From: an uncultured bacterium | GTDB lineage: Bacteria > Patescibacteriota > Minisyncoccia > Phycocordibacterales > GWA1-40-21 | Direction of reading: 5' to 3' | DNA: 64,000 bases | Assembly (NCBI GenBank): GCA_903832855.1 | Contig: CAILDB010000012.1 | Coordinates: forward strand, 4,368-68,367 | Shown: piece by piece, positions 54,821-64,000 of the stretch | How positions within the stretch are numbered: the stretch's first letter is position 1 | Layout: each line of letters begins with the position of its first letter | Program-made: the position numbers and the translations under genes | Notes under the pieces: model-generated | Seen by the model: only the letters and a program-made list of their open reading frames with translations | Databases searched by the model: none | Told to the model about the DNA's origin: nothing

Positions 54821-55707
54821 TGAGAGATATTTTTTCTAAGAAAGTCATTGCTGGGGTTGTTCTCCTTGTTGTAATAATCGTTGGTATTTTTGCTTTTGTT
54901 TCTTGGTATAAAAAAGCTGCACCTCCTAAAATAAATAATATTGTAACAGAGATACAGAATACTAGTCCAAAAATAAAAGTAATTGGGACATCAGTCCAAG
55001 GACGAAAAATAGAAAGTTACACATATGGAAATGGAGAAACCCACATTGCTTTTGTTGGTGGTATTCACGGTGGATACGAATGGAACAGCGTTCTTCTCGC
55101 ATACCAATTCGTAGATTATTTGAATGCGAATCCGGATGTGATTCCAAAAAATATTTCTGTATCAATAATTCCATCTGCCAATCCCGATGGAGTGTTCAAA
55201 GTAATTGGTAAAGAGGGAAGGTTTACGATTGCTGACATATCGACGGGTGTATCGGAAGCTCCAGGGAGATTTAATGCAAACAATGTAGACCTCAACAGAA
55301 ACTTTGATTGTAAATGGCAGGCGACGAGTACTTGGCAAAATAAAATAGAGAGTGCCGGAACATCTCCTTTTTCTGAACCAGAGGCCAAAGCTATTCAAAG
55401 TTTTATTTCGGAAAATCATCCCGTAGCCGTAGTTTTTTGGCACAGCAAATCAGACGCGGTGTATGCATCACAATGTAGTAAAGGTATTCTTCCGGAAACT
55501 CTTGATATTATGAATGCATACTCAAAAGCATCTGGGTATCCTGCTGTAAAAACATTTGATGCATATGTGACTACTGGTGCTGCAGAAGATTGGCTTGCGT
55601 CAATAAACATACCGGCGATAACTGTGGAACTTAAAACTCATGAGACTGTAGAATGGGAGAAAAATTTGGCAGGTATTAAAGCACTTTTTGAATATTTCAC
55701 CCTTTAA
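54820..55707 (+). CDS. membrane-anchored M14 zinc carboxypeptidase (gamma-D-Glu-DAP peptidase-like), apparently active
   Basis: HGGYE (His/Glu zinc ligands), DLNRNF, WHS (third His), ITVELKTHE (catalytic Glu). Confidence 0.65.
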   Translation: MRDIFSKKVIAGVVLLVVIIVGIFAFVSWYKKAAPPKINNIVTEIQNTSPKIKVIGTSVQGRKIESYTYGNGETHIAFVGGIHGGYEWNSVLLAYQFVDYLNANPDVIPKNISVSIIPSANPDGVFKVIGKEGRFTIADISTGVSEAPGRFNANNVDLNRNFDCKWQATSTWQNKIESAGTSPFSEPEAKAIQSFISENHPVAVVFWHSKSDAVYASQCSKGILPETLDIMNAYSKASGYPAVKTFDAYVTTGAAEDWLASINIPAITVELKTHETVEWEKNLAGIKALFEYFTL

Positions 55708-55848
55708 AGCTTTTACTAACGCATTATGCAATCGGATTGCATAATGCAAGAAAAGTTGGTAAATATGTTAGGAAGTGTTTTTTTTGTGTTACAATTATTA
55801 GATGAAGGTTTTGTCCAACTTTTCATTAGTAAAAATTTTTTAGGGTAA

Positions 55849-56781
55849 ATGAAAAACACATCATTGGAACATATTGATCTTGGTAAATTGGCCCTTATTT
55901 TAGGCGGTATTTCTTTGGTTGCTATTTTTGCTATCGGTTATTTTGTTTATTTTTCTGTGTCAAAAGATATCGTTGTCTTGAAAAACAATATGTCTTCTTC
56001 TACGCAAATATTAAATCAAAGAATTGCAAACCTAGTAGCGGATTTGGCTTCAACGACTCTTACGAGTCAGGAATTATCCCAGCGTCTACTTGAGGAGCAA
56101 GCAAAAAGTTCATCCTTTGAAGCAAGTCTAAATAACATAACTGGGACGGTCAACAATATATCTGGAACCGTCGGTACTTTGGAAAAACTTTCCAAGACTG
56201 ACAAAGAGTTATTACAAAAATATTCCAAAGTATATTTTCTAAGTGACAACTATGTACCAATGAGTCTTACAAATATAGATAAAAAATATTTATATGATGA
56301 TGCAAAGACTCTCCAATTTCATACATCTGCCTTGCCATTTTTGGTAAGGATGCTTGATCAGGCAAATAATGAAGGTGTCTCTTTAAAAATCGTATCGGCA
56401 TATCGCTCTTTTGGTACACAATCAACTTTAAAAAATGATTATTTAGTAACTTACGGTAGCGGTGCAAATAAGTTTTCTGCGGATCAAGGATATTCCGAGC
56501 ACCAGCTTGGCACAGCGCTCGATATCGCAAACGGTTTGAGTAAGCCGGCCCTAGAGATTAGTTTTGAAGACACCTCTGCATTTACATGGCTTACAAACAA
56601 TGCTTATAGTTATGGATTTATACTTTCATATTCAAAAAATAATGTTTACTTTCAGTATGAACCGTGGCATTGGAGATTCGTAGGAGTTAGCCTTGCTACA
56701 AGGCTCCACAATGACAGAATTACTTTTTCTGATTTAGAACAAAGGATTATTGATACTTATTTAGTAAATATTTTTGATTAA
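55849..56781 (+). CDS. VanY/M15B-family D-Ala-D-Ala carboxypeptidase-like protein with N-terminal TM and coiled coil
   Basis: SAYRSFGTQSTL and GYSEHQLGTALDI (zinc-binding SxHxxGxAxD) motifs. Confidence 0.65.
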   Translation: MKNTSLEHIDLGKLALILGGISLVAIFAIGYFVYFSVSKDIVVLKNNMSSSTQILNQRIANLVADLASTTLTSQELSQRLLEEQAKSSSFEASLNNITGTVNNISGTVGTLEKLSKTDKELLQKYSKVYFLSDNYVPMSLTNIDKKYLYDDAKTLQFHTSALPFLVRMLDQANNEGVSLKIVSAYRSFGTQSTLKNDYLVTYGSGANKFSADQGYSEHQLGTALDIANGLSKPALEISFEDTSAFTWLTNNAYSYGFILSYSKNNVYFQYEPWHWRFVGVSLATRLHNDRITFSDLEQRIIDTYLVNIFD

Positions 56782-56822
56782 AAAATATCTTTTTCTTTTT
56801 TACCTGCTATAATAGTGCCAGC

Positions 56823-58205
56823 ATGGAAAAAATAGGAGAAAAATGTGGAGTTTTTGGAATTTATGGCAAAGGCTTGGATGTCAGCCGTCTCACGTTTTTT
56901 GGACTATATGCACTCCAACATAGAGGTCAAGAAAGTTCAGGGATATCTTCTACTGATGGCAATGAAATATTTTGTCACAAAAATAATGGTTTGGTCTCTC
57001 AGGTTTTTAATGAAGAAATAATAAAAAGTTTAAAAGGTCACATAGCGATAGGGCACAACAGATATTCCACCTCATCTGGTTCCGGTGCTGAGCACGCTCA
57101 ACCCGTTGAAGTGAAGGATGGAAGTATTACTTTGGTTCACAATGGTAATATTCCAAGTGTAGTAAAACTCCAAAAAATTCTAAAAAAGAAAGGTATCAAT
57201 ATCACAGATGTTTCCGATTCAAAGATAATTACTGAGTTATTGCATTGTTTAATTAAAGAGGGGAAGAATTTTGAAAAGGCCGTTGAAGAAATTTTTCCGC
57301 TTCTCATTGGTTCGTTTTCTATTTTAATAATGAACAAAGAAAAAATTATTGCGATTAGAGATAGTTTTGGAATACGCCCCCTCTCAATAGCAAAATTAAA
57401 TGGAGGTTATGTTTTTGCTTCAGAAACTTGTGCTTTTCACCCTATTGGTGCTGTATACTTTAGAGATGTAGAACCAGGGGAAATGGTGATAGTAGATGAA
57501 AGTGGTTTGAGAATAAAACAAATAATGAAGGGTACTCAGAAATTGGATATTTTTGAATTTGTTTATTTTTCGCGACCGGACAGTGAACTACTGGGGCAAT
57601 CGGTTTATGAAGTCAGAAAAAGATTTGGTATCAGGCTTGCAAAAGAATATAAGATAAAAGCAGATGTGATAATTCCTGTTCCAGAGACCGCAATACCTGT
57701 TGCGATAGGGTATTCAAATGCCTCTGGAATACCTTTTGAGATGGGGTTGATAAAGAGTAGATATATTCACAGGACTTTTATTGAGCCTGAACAACATATC
57801 CGCGAACAAGGAGTTAAACTAAAGCTCGCTCCGCTCAAAGAAGAAATAGAAAACAAAAGCATTATTATCGTAGACGACTCTATCGTCAGGGGGACGACAT
57901 CCAAACAAATGGTCAAAATGCTTTTTGAAACAGGCGCTAGGGAAGTGCATTTTCTCGTTAGTTCTCCACCAGTAAAGTTTCCAGATTTTTATGGTATTGA
58001 TTTACCTATTCAAAAACATCTACTTGCAAATGGAAAAACCATAAAAGAAATGCGGGACTATCTTGGGTGCACATCATTAAGTTTTCTTTCTTTCAATGGA
58101 ATGATAGAGGCAACACATATTCCAAAAGACAAATTTTGTACCTCCTGTTTTTCTGGTGAGTATCCTATAGATATCTCAGAAAGGAAAAAAGATTTCAAAT
58201 CTTAG
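56823..58205 (+). CDS. purF: amidophosphoribosyltransferase, copy 2 (about 93% aa identity to copy 1)
   Basis: Same motifs as copy 1. About 85% nucleotide identity, mostly synonymous differences. Confidence 0.8.
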   Translation: MEKIGEKCGVFGIYGKGLDVSRLTFFGLYALQHRGQESSGISSTDGNEIFCHKNNGLVSQVFNEEIIKSLKGHIAIGHNRYSTSSGSGAEHAQPVEVKDGSITLVHNGNIPSVVKLQKILKKKGINITDVSDSKIITELLHCLIKEGKNFEKAVEEIFPLLIGSFSILIMNKEKIIAIRDSFGIRPLSIAKLNGGYVFASETCAFHPIGAVYFRDVEPGEMVIVDESGLRIKQIMKGTQKLDIFEFVYFSRPDSELLGQSVYEVRKRFGIRLAKEYKIKADVIIPVPETAIPVAIGYSNASGIPFEMGLIKSRYIHRTFIEPEQHIREQGVKLKLAPLKEEIENKSIIIVDDSIVRGTTSKQMVKMLFETGAREVHFLVSSPPVKFPDFYGIDLPIQKHLLANGKTIKEMRDYLGCTSLSFLSFNGMIEATHIPKDKFCTSCFSGEYPIDISERKKDFKS

Positions 58206-58522
58206 ATATGATTATTAAGGGAGTGGATTATCCACAGGTATATTGCATTTTGGAAAATTAGGTCTATAATGGAAAGTATAGAGAAGCACTTCATGAGCAA
58301 GGTGTTTTTCAAATTATTAATAGTAGATAATATTAAAAATATGTCTTCAAAAACAGTTACTTGGGTCGTCGTTATAATAGTGATCATTTTGATCGGTTGG
58401 TGGTATGCTTCAAGCAAACCAGCTGTCAACAATGGAACAACTGCTACAACTACAGCCACATCAACAGTTTCAACAACAACACAGCAGTAGTCTATTTGCT
58501 TCGTGTTCTGAAATTTAAAAAG

Positions 58523-58544
58523 AAAATCCGCCTAGGCGGATTTT
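58523..58544 (+). terminator. hairpin aaaatccgcctaggcggatttt
   Basis: 8-bp stem flanked by A and T runs. Confidence 0.5.
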
Positions 58545-58598
58545 CTTTTTGTTTGAAAAAGAGAACAAAAAAGTATAGTGTATAATAGGAGACAAGCT

Positions 58599-59171
58599 AT
58601 GGAAATTAAAAGTGATTATGAATTAATACAAGAATATCTTTCTGGAAATGAAGATGCTCTGAAAGAGATTATTGAACGTCACTACAAAATGGTGTATAGA
58701 TTTTTATTTAACCTTACTCACGGGTCAGAAGAATCATCCGATCTTACTCAAGAAGTTTTTGTAAAAGTCTGGAAGAAGATAAAAAGATATGACAAAAAAT
58801 ATAATTTTAAAACATGGGTTTTTACGATAGCCCGAAATACTGCGATAGACTTCTTTCGAAAGAAAAAGAGTTTGGTTTTTTCGGATTTTGATAATGAGGA
58901 AGGAGGAAATCCTTTTGCGGATACTTTGGAGGACGAGTCGGCTTTACAGGATGATATTTTCGCCGGAAAAGAGGATAGCAAAAAAATAAAAGAAATAATT
59001 GAAGATTTACCGCTGATTTATAAAGAAATTCTCTTGCTCAGATATGAGGAAGAATTAGATTTTGAAGAAATAAGCAAGGTTTTAAAAAGGCCAATTGAAA
59101 CAGTTAGAAGTCAGCATAGGAGAGCCGTATTACTAATGAAAAAAAGAGTTAATTTATCAGATTTTAATTAA
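58599..59171 (+). CDS. ECF-type RNA polymerase sigma factor
   Basis: Region 2 DLTQEVFVKVWKKIKRYD...FKTWVFTIARNTAIDFFRK; region 4 LPLIYKEILLLRYEEELDFEEISKVL. Confidence 0.7.
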   Translation: MEIKSDYELIQEYLSGNEDALKEIIERHYKMVYRFLFNLTHGSEESSDLTQEVFVKVWKKIKRYDKKYNFKTWVFTIARNTAIDFFRKKKSLVFSDFDNEEGGNPFADTLEDESALQDDIFAGKEDSKKIKEIIEDLPLIYKEILLLRYEEELDFEEISKVLKRPIETVRSQHRRAVLLMKKRVNLSDFN

Positions 59172-59181
59172 TGCACTAAAA

Positions 59182-59607
59182 ATGATGCCTAATCCGTATA
59201 AAACAAGTATGAATAAAGATTTAAATTATTTTAATAACCCGACACCACCGGCTGATTTGTATGAGAAAATTGTTTTTAGGGTTCAGAGAGAGGAGGTAAA
59301 ATCTGCTTCAATTAGGTCTGTTTTTCAAGGATGTATCACCCTTGCGTCTTTTGTCTTTGCTTTTCCTATTTTTATCAATGTTTTGAATGGATTTAGCCAG
59401 TCCGGTTTCTGGCAGTATTTTTCACTTATATTTACCGACAGTGCCGTAGTCATAACTCATTTTCAAACTTTTCTAACATCCCTAGTTGAGTCGACACCTT
59501 TCTATGAAATAACGATTTTCCTTGTGGTACTCTTTATTTTTCTCGGAAGTATCAAATATGTTTCGGAAAATTTAAGGCAGGTAGCTTTATTAAAAAAGTT
59601 AGCATAA
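59182..59607 (+). CDS. membrane protein, possible anti-sigma factor
   Basis: Immediately downstream of the ECF sigma gene; multiple TM helices. Confidence 0.3.
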   Translation: MMPNPYKTSMNKDLNYFNNPTPPADLYEKIVFRVQREEVKSASIRSVFQGCITLASFVFAFPIFINVLNGFSQSGFWQYFSLIFTDSAVVITHFQTFLTSLVESTPFYEITIFLVVLFIFLGSIKYVSENLRQVALLKKLA

Positions 59608-59614
59608 TTTTTAT

Positions 59615-60115
59615 ATGGATATTAAAATGTACAAAGATTTTTTTAGGTCAAAAATATTTTCCGGAATAATAATTGGAATAGGAGTTTTGATTATTGTTGG
59701 TGTAATTTTTCAAGCAGGGAAGTTTGTTGGGCTTAAGAAGGCGGAATTTTCTGGTAGGATGGGGGATAATTACAGTCGCATTTTTGATGGACAAGGAGGT
59801 GAAATGATGGGCTTACCGCCAATAGGTTTGGATTTACCCGGAGGTCACGGTTCTGTCGGTAAGATAATTAAAATAGATTTACCAAAAGTTGTGGTAGAGG
59901 ATAGGGGAAATGTAGAGAAAGTTATTATTGTCGGGGGAAAAACGTTAATACGAGAATTTAGAGATGAAATAAAATCAAGTGATTTGGAAGTCGGAGATTT
60001 TATCGTGGTTTTAGGCAAACCAAATAATATCGGCGAGATAGAAGCTGACTTGATTAGGACAATGCCTGATTCATCTCTTATCATGGGAACGAGTTCTCTT
60101 TTTAGGAAAAAATAA
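59615..60115 (+). CDS. membrane-anchored hypothetical protein
   Basis: N-terminal TM helix. Confidence 0.3.
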   Translation: MDIKMYKDFFRSKIFSGIIIGIGVLIIVGVIFQAGKFVGLKKAEFSGRMGDNYSRIFDGQGGEMMGLPPIGLDLPGGHGSVGKIIKIDLPKVVVEDRGNVEKVIIVGGKTLIREFRDEIKSSDLEVGDFIVVLGKPNNIGEIEADLIRTMPDSSLIMGTSSLFRKK

Positions 60116-60122
60116 TTTTACC

Positions 60123-62030
60123 ATGGAAATTAAAAAAATATATAAAAACGTTTTTTTTACAAAAATATTTAATTTTGTAAAAGTTCACAAGATTTGGTCT
60201 ATCATAATTATAGTTGCAATTATTGCTATTGGTTACTTTGTTTATCCCAAGATTTTTGCCAGTGGCACGACAGTTCAGTATACATTTGGGATGGTGAAAA
60301 AGGGTGATTTAGTCGTAAGTGTCTCTGGTTCAGGACAGGTTGCTACTTTAAGTAAGGTCTCTATCAAGCCAAATACCATAGGTCAGACGCAGACTTTGGG
60401 TCAGATAATTTCCGTAAAAGTGAAAAATGGTGATACTGTAAAGGCTGGACAGGTGGTAGCTATTCTTGATGGAAAAAACGCATTACAAACGCTCAATCAA
60501 GCAAAAGCTAGCTTGTTAAGTTCTCAAGCAAATTACGATAAGGTTGTTTCTGGTCTTACAGAATCAGAATTAATTTCCTTAAATGACAGTATAAATTCTG
60601 CACAAACATCTCTTGATAACTCAAAACAAAACATATTATTGAGTTTGAAAAGTGCTTATACTACCGTATCAAATTTATTTTATTTGAATACAGATTTATA
60701 TTTTACTGATCCGACGATAATTCCCACACTTACTATAAGCGGGGTCAATTTTATTAGTCAACAATTACAAAATAATGTTAATCAGGGAAGATACAATATT
60801 AATCCATTACTCAGCACATGGAGAGATACAGTAAAAACGCAAAGTGTATTGGTTGCTACTGACACAGGAGATGATTATATAAAGGGATCAATAAATAGTG
60901 TGTTGTCAGATTTGAACACAGTGAGAACTTATTTTGATGATATGGCAACACTTTTTGCATTGTATAGTGTGGCTTCAGATTCTACAGGGGCTACGTCTCT
61001 TGCCACTGCCAAAAGTGCTGCTTCAAGTGCAAGAGGAAGTGTGGATACACTTATAAGTTCACTGACATCTTCATTACAATCCTACAACAATTTAATAACA
61101 TCTCTCGAACAAGCCAAAGAAGATTTAAGATTACAACAAAAACCTCCAGAAGCGGCAACTTTGGCTACAGCTCAATCTTCTTTAGATAATGCAAAGGCAA
61201 CTTTGGCCAATGCTGAGACGGCTTATTCTGCAAGGATTATCACTGCTCCTTTTGACGGACAGATAGGTGGACTTTCGGCAGATGTCGGACAGCAAGTCTC
61301 TTCCTCAGATTCTTTGGGAACGCTTATTACTGCAGAAAAAGTTATAAATGTGACTTTGAACGAGGTTGATGCTGCCAAAGTTTTAGCGGGAAATTCTGTG
61401 ACAATTACCTTTGATTCCTTGCCGGGCGTTTCCCTTACTGGAAGTATAAACTACATTGATCCACTTGGAACCGTGACACAAGGCGTCGTTAGCTATGCTG
61501 TGCAAATTAAAATAAATAAACAAAATGACCAAGTAAAGACAGGAATGACAGCCTCGGTTGCTATTGTCACGACAGAGCATCTTAATACTCTTATAATCCC
61601 AACATCATCTATCACCACAAGTGGAGGAAAGAAATATGTTTTGGTTGCCGATATGTCATCATCTACATTCTCGGGTGCCAACATAAATTCTATTGGTTCT
61701 ACAACAAGAAATTTTTCCTCATCAACCAGAAGAAATTTTGCTTCATCTACTCTCGTTACATCAACCGGAGCAAACAGTAGCATGTCTCAAGGTATAACAA
61801 TGCAATATCCCGTAACTCAGGTTGGAATTACTGTAGGTATTTCAAATAATACAACTACCGAAGTTCTTTCCGGACTTACAGAGGGTCAACTTGTAGTTAC
61901 AAAGAAATCTACTGTTAGTGGAACAACGGTCAAAAGTACAGCTTCTTCAGCAACTACAAACACGAGAGGAGGTTTTGGAGGTGGAGCTGTTGGAACAGCT
62001 TCGGGATTTAGGGCACTCGGAGGAAATTAA
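60123..62030 (+). CDS. HlyD/MacA-family periplasmic adaptor with a long S/T-rich C-terminal extension
   Basis: TM anchor; biotin-lipoyl-like VKAGQVVAILDG; RIITAPFDGQIGGLSADVGQQV. Confidence 0.65.
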   Translation: MEIKKIYKNVFFTKIFNFVKVHKIWSIIIIVAIIAIGYFVYPKIFASGTTVQYTFGMVKKGDLVVSVSGSGQVATLSKVSIKPNTIGQTQTLGQIISVKVKNGDTVKAGQVVAILDGKNALQTLNQAKASLLSSQANYDKVVSGLTESELISLNDSINSAQTSLDNSKQNILLSLKSAYTTVSNLFYLNTDLYFTDPTIIPTLTISGVNFISQQLQNNVNQGRYNINPLLSTWRDTVKTQSVLVATDTGDDYIKGSINSVLSDLNTVRTYFDDMATLFALYSVASDSTGATSLATAKSAASSARGSVDTLISSLTSSLQSYNNLITSLEQAKEDLRLQQKPPEAATLATAQSSLDNAKATLANAETAYSARIITAPFDGQIGGLSADVGQQVSSSDSLGTLITAEKVINVTLNEVDAAKVLAGNSVTITFDSLPGVSLTGSINYIDPLGTVTQGVVSYAVQIKINKQNDQVKTGMTASVAIVTTEHLNTLIIPTSSITTSGGKKYVLVADMSSSTFSGANINSIGSTTRNFSSSTRRNFASSTLVTSTGANSSMSQGITMQYPVTQVGITVGISNNTTTEVLSGLTEGQLVVTKKSTVSGTTVKSTASSATTNTRGGFGGGAVGTASGFRALGGN

Positions 62031-62045
62031 AATTTTATAGTCAGT

Positions 62046-62774
62046 ATGATTGAGTGTAAAAATATTAAAAAAATTTATGTAAACGGAGAGGCCGAAACGA
62101 AAGCTCTCGGTGGAGTATCCTTTACTATAAAAGATGGAGAATTTGTTGCGATTATGGGTCCTTCGGGTTCTGGAAAGTCTACATTGATGCATATTTTAGG
62201 TGCGTTAGACACTCCTACTTCTGGAGAATATTTTCTTGATGGCGAAGATGTTTCCAAACTTACAGATGACGAGCTTGCCAATATCCGTGGTAATAAAATT
62301 GGTTTTGTTTTTCAATCTTTCAATCTTCTTCCGAGGACAGAAGTAATACGAAACGTCATTTTACCTTTGGTATATTTAAAAGTTTCTCCGGAAGAAAGGA
62401 AAATTAAAGCAGAATTAGCATTAAAATCCGCTGGACTTGAAGAAAACAGATGGCATCATCTTTCAAATCAACTTTCAGGTGGACAAATACAACGTGTAGC
62501 TATTGCTCGTGCACTTGTAAATGATCCTTCACTTATCATGGCAGACGAACCGACCGGGAATTTGGATACTAGAACCGGAGAAATTGTACTGAAAACTTTT
62601 CAGGATTTAAATAAAAAAGAAGGTCATACGATTATCCTTATTACTCACGAACTTGATGTTGCAGAACATGCGGATAGAATTATTCACATAAGGGATGGTT
62701 TGATATTGAGTGATGAGGCAAACAAAAATAAAAGAATTGTTGAACCGTGTATTTGTGAGGAAGTTAAAAAATAA
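62046..62774 (+). CDS. ABC transporter ATP-binding protein (MacB/LolD-like)
   Basis: Walker [10 protein letters not shown]; signature [15 protein letters not shown]; Walker [12 protein letters not shown]. Confidence 0.85.
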   Translation: MIECKNIKKIYVNGEAETKALGGVSFTIKDGEFVAIMGPSGSGKSTLMHILGALDTPTSGEYFLDGEDVSKLTDDELANIRGNKIGFVFQSFNLLPRTEVIRNVILPLVYLKVSPEERKIKAELALKSAGLEENRWHHLSNQLSGGQIQRVAIARALVNDPSLIMADEPTGNLDTRTGEIVLKTFQDLNKKEGHTIILITHELDVAEHADRIIHIRDGLILSDEANKNKRIVEPCICEEVKK

Positions 62775-62778
62775 AAGG

Positions 62779-64000
62779 ATGACAATCAAAGATTTATTAC
62801 AAGAAACGGCGACAGGATTATTATCGAATAAAGTTCGAACAGGACTTACGATGCTTGGTATAGTCATCGGTATTGCGTCTGTTATTGCGATGCTTGCTGT
62901 AGGTAATGGAGCGACAAGCACTATTCAATCCAGCATAGAATCTATAGGGTCAAATTTAGTTGTGATTTCTCCAGGAGCTCCCAGAACTCCAGGAAGTGCA
63001 GTAAACGCAAGTAGAGGATCTGCAAACACACTAACTATGTCAGATGTTGAAGCAATAAAAGAAGGAGTAACGAGTGCTAAATATGTAGCTCCTGTAGTTT
63101 CTTCACAGAAACAAATAATAGCAGCTGGAACAAACACCAATACCTCTGTCATAGGAACAACTCCATCATACTTTGATATCAAAAATATTACTATTAATTT
63201 AGGAGTATTTTTTTCAGATGAGCAGGTGACTCAAATGGCAAGAGTCGTGGTTATTGGTCCTACAACAAGAGACGATTTGTTTGGGGAAGGAGTAGATGCT
63301 ATCGGTAAGACAATAAGAATAAGCGGAAATGAATTTACAGTAATTGGCGTGACAGTAGCAAAGGGTGGAACAGGTCAGAGTAGCGCTGACGACGTTGTTT
63401 ATATTCCTATTACAGTTGCTCAACAATTTTTTACTGGAAATAAATATGTTTCTTCAATAAATATTTCTGCTCAAACTGCAGACTTGGTTACTGATGTGCA
63501 AAATCAAGCCACTGATATTTTACTCGCAAGACACAATATTACAGATCCTACCAAAGCGGATTTTAGTACAATGAATCAGTCGGATATGTTAGCGACAGCG
63601 TCCTCCATAACGACGACAATGACATATTTGCTTGCCGCTATAGCGGGTATATCTTTGCTTGTCGGTGGAATAGGAATTATGAATATGATGCTTACGACAG
63701 TCACGGAAAGGACACGGGAAATTGGTTTGAGAAAAGCGGTTGGAGCAAAAAAAAGAGATATTCGATTACAATTTTTAGTAGAATCAGTAGTGCTTACCGC
63801 TATTGGTGGAGTTATTGGTATACTTCTCGGAATAAGTATTGCTTGGGCGATAACTCTGACTGGATTATTGACCGCAAAAATATCAATATCGTCCGTTACT
63901 TTGTCCTTCGGGGTTTCTGCTTTGATAGGAATAATTTTTGGATATTATCCTGCGGCCAGAGCCTCCAACTTAAATCCAATAGACGCGTTAAGATATGAAT
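62779..64000 (+). CDS. ABC transporter permease, FtsX/MacB family; 3' partial (runs off the window)
   Basis: N-terminal TM LTMLGIVIGIASVIAMLAVGNG, a periplasmic domain, and the start of a C-terminal FtsX-like 4-TM bundle. No stop before the window end. Confidence 0.75.
   Translation, partial: MTIKDLLQETATGLLSNKVRTGLTMLGIVIGIASVIAMLAVGNGATSTIQSSIESIGSNLVVISPGAPRTPGSAVNASRGSANTLTMSDVEAIKEGVTSAKYVAPVVSSQKQIIAAGTNTNTSVIGTTPSYFDIKNITINLGVFFSDEQVTQMARVVVIGPTTRDDLFGEGVDAIGKTIRISGNEFTVIGVTVAKGGTGQSSADDVVYIPITVAQQFFTGNKYVSSINISAQTADLVTDVQNQATDILLARHNITDPTKADFSTMNQSDMLATASSITTTMTYLLAAIAGISLLVGGIGIMNMMLTTVTERTREIGLRKAVGAKKRDIRLQFLVESVVLTAIGGVIGILLGISIAWAITLTGLLTAKISISSVTLSFGVSALIGIIFGYYPAARASNLNPIDALRYE

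Overview
This is a low-GC (about 35%) bacterial chromosome segment. Its compact genes (a 1064-aa RpoB, phosphoketolase plus acetate kinase, many small hypothetical proteins) fit a CPR/Patescibacteria-type genome; that placement is inference. Most of the window is housekeeping, largely on the + strand: rpmF, a NusB-Nudix fusion, rnc, a compact smc, rnr(-), rpsP, a KH protein, trmD, a Pif1-like helicase, rpoB, rpoC, dnaG, rpoD, a UvrD-nuclease fusion, a dsbA-like gene(-), uppP, a DEDD exonuclease(-), hisS(-), bipA(-), xfp, ackA, mltG, two purF paralogs bracketing a cell-wall peptidase cluster (SH3b, two M14, one M15), and an ECF-sigma/anti-sigma plus MacAB-like efflux operon that runs off the window end. 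A tRNA-Asn(GUU) on the minus strand is interrupted by a 247-nt group I intron.

The accessory highlight is a diversity-generating retroelement (DGR) at roughly 13.1-21.7 kb. It has a reverse transcriptase with the DGR-specific LGNVTSQ motif, a 126-bp template repeat (TR) rich in AAT codons, an Avd-like four-helix-bundle gene on the opposite strand, and two variable repeats (VRs) at the 3' ends of paralogous genes. The VRs differ from the TR almost only at TR adenines. The target proteins have no signal peptide. One is fused to a MoxR-type AAA+ ATPase and sits next to a vWA protein carrying an HExxH motif. A third, diverged target paralog with its own vWA partner lies at 1-2 kb. An AbiEii-like nucleotidyltransferase pair is embedded in the cassette. 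VR2 carries a -1 frameshift.

Two short palindromic repeat families are scattered through the window. Family 1 (GTCATCCCGGCGNAGGCCGGGATCCATC) has at least 10 copies, one in-frame inside uppP and two inverted copies flanking a GIY-YIG nuclease gene. Family 2 (CCAAGGTC-N-GACCTTGG with TGTGTTATAAT) has one copy inside the rnr coding sequence. Several GC-rich islands carry strong TTGACW-N17-TATACT promoters. No rRNA genes or CRISPR arrays were seen.
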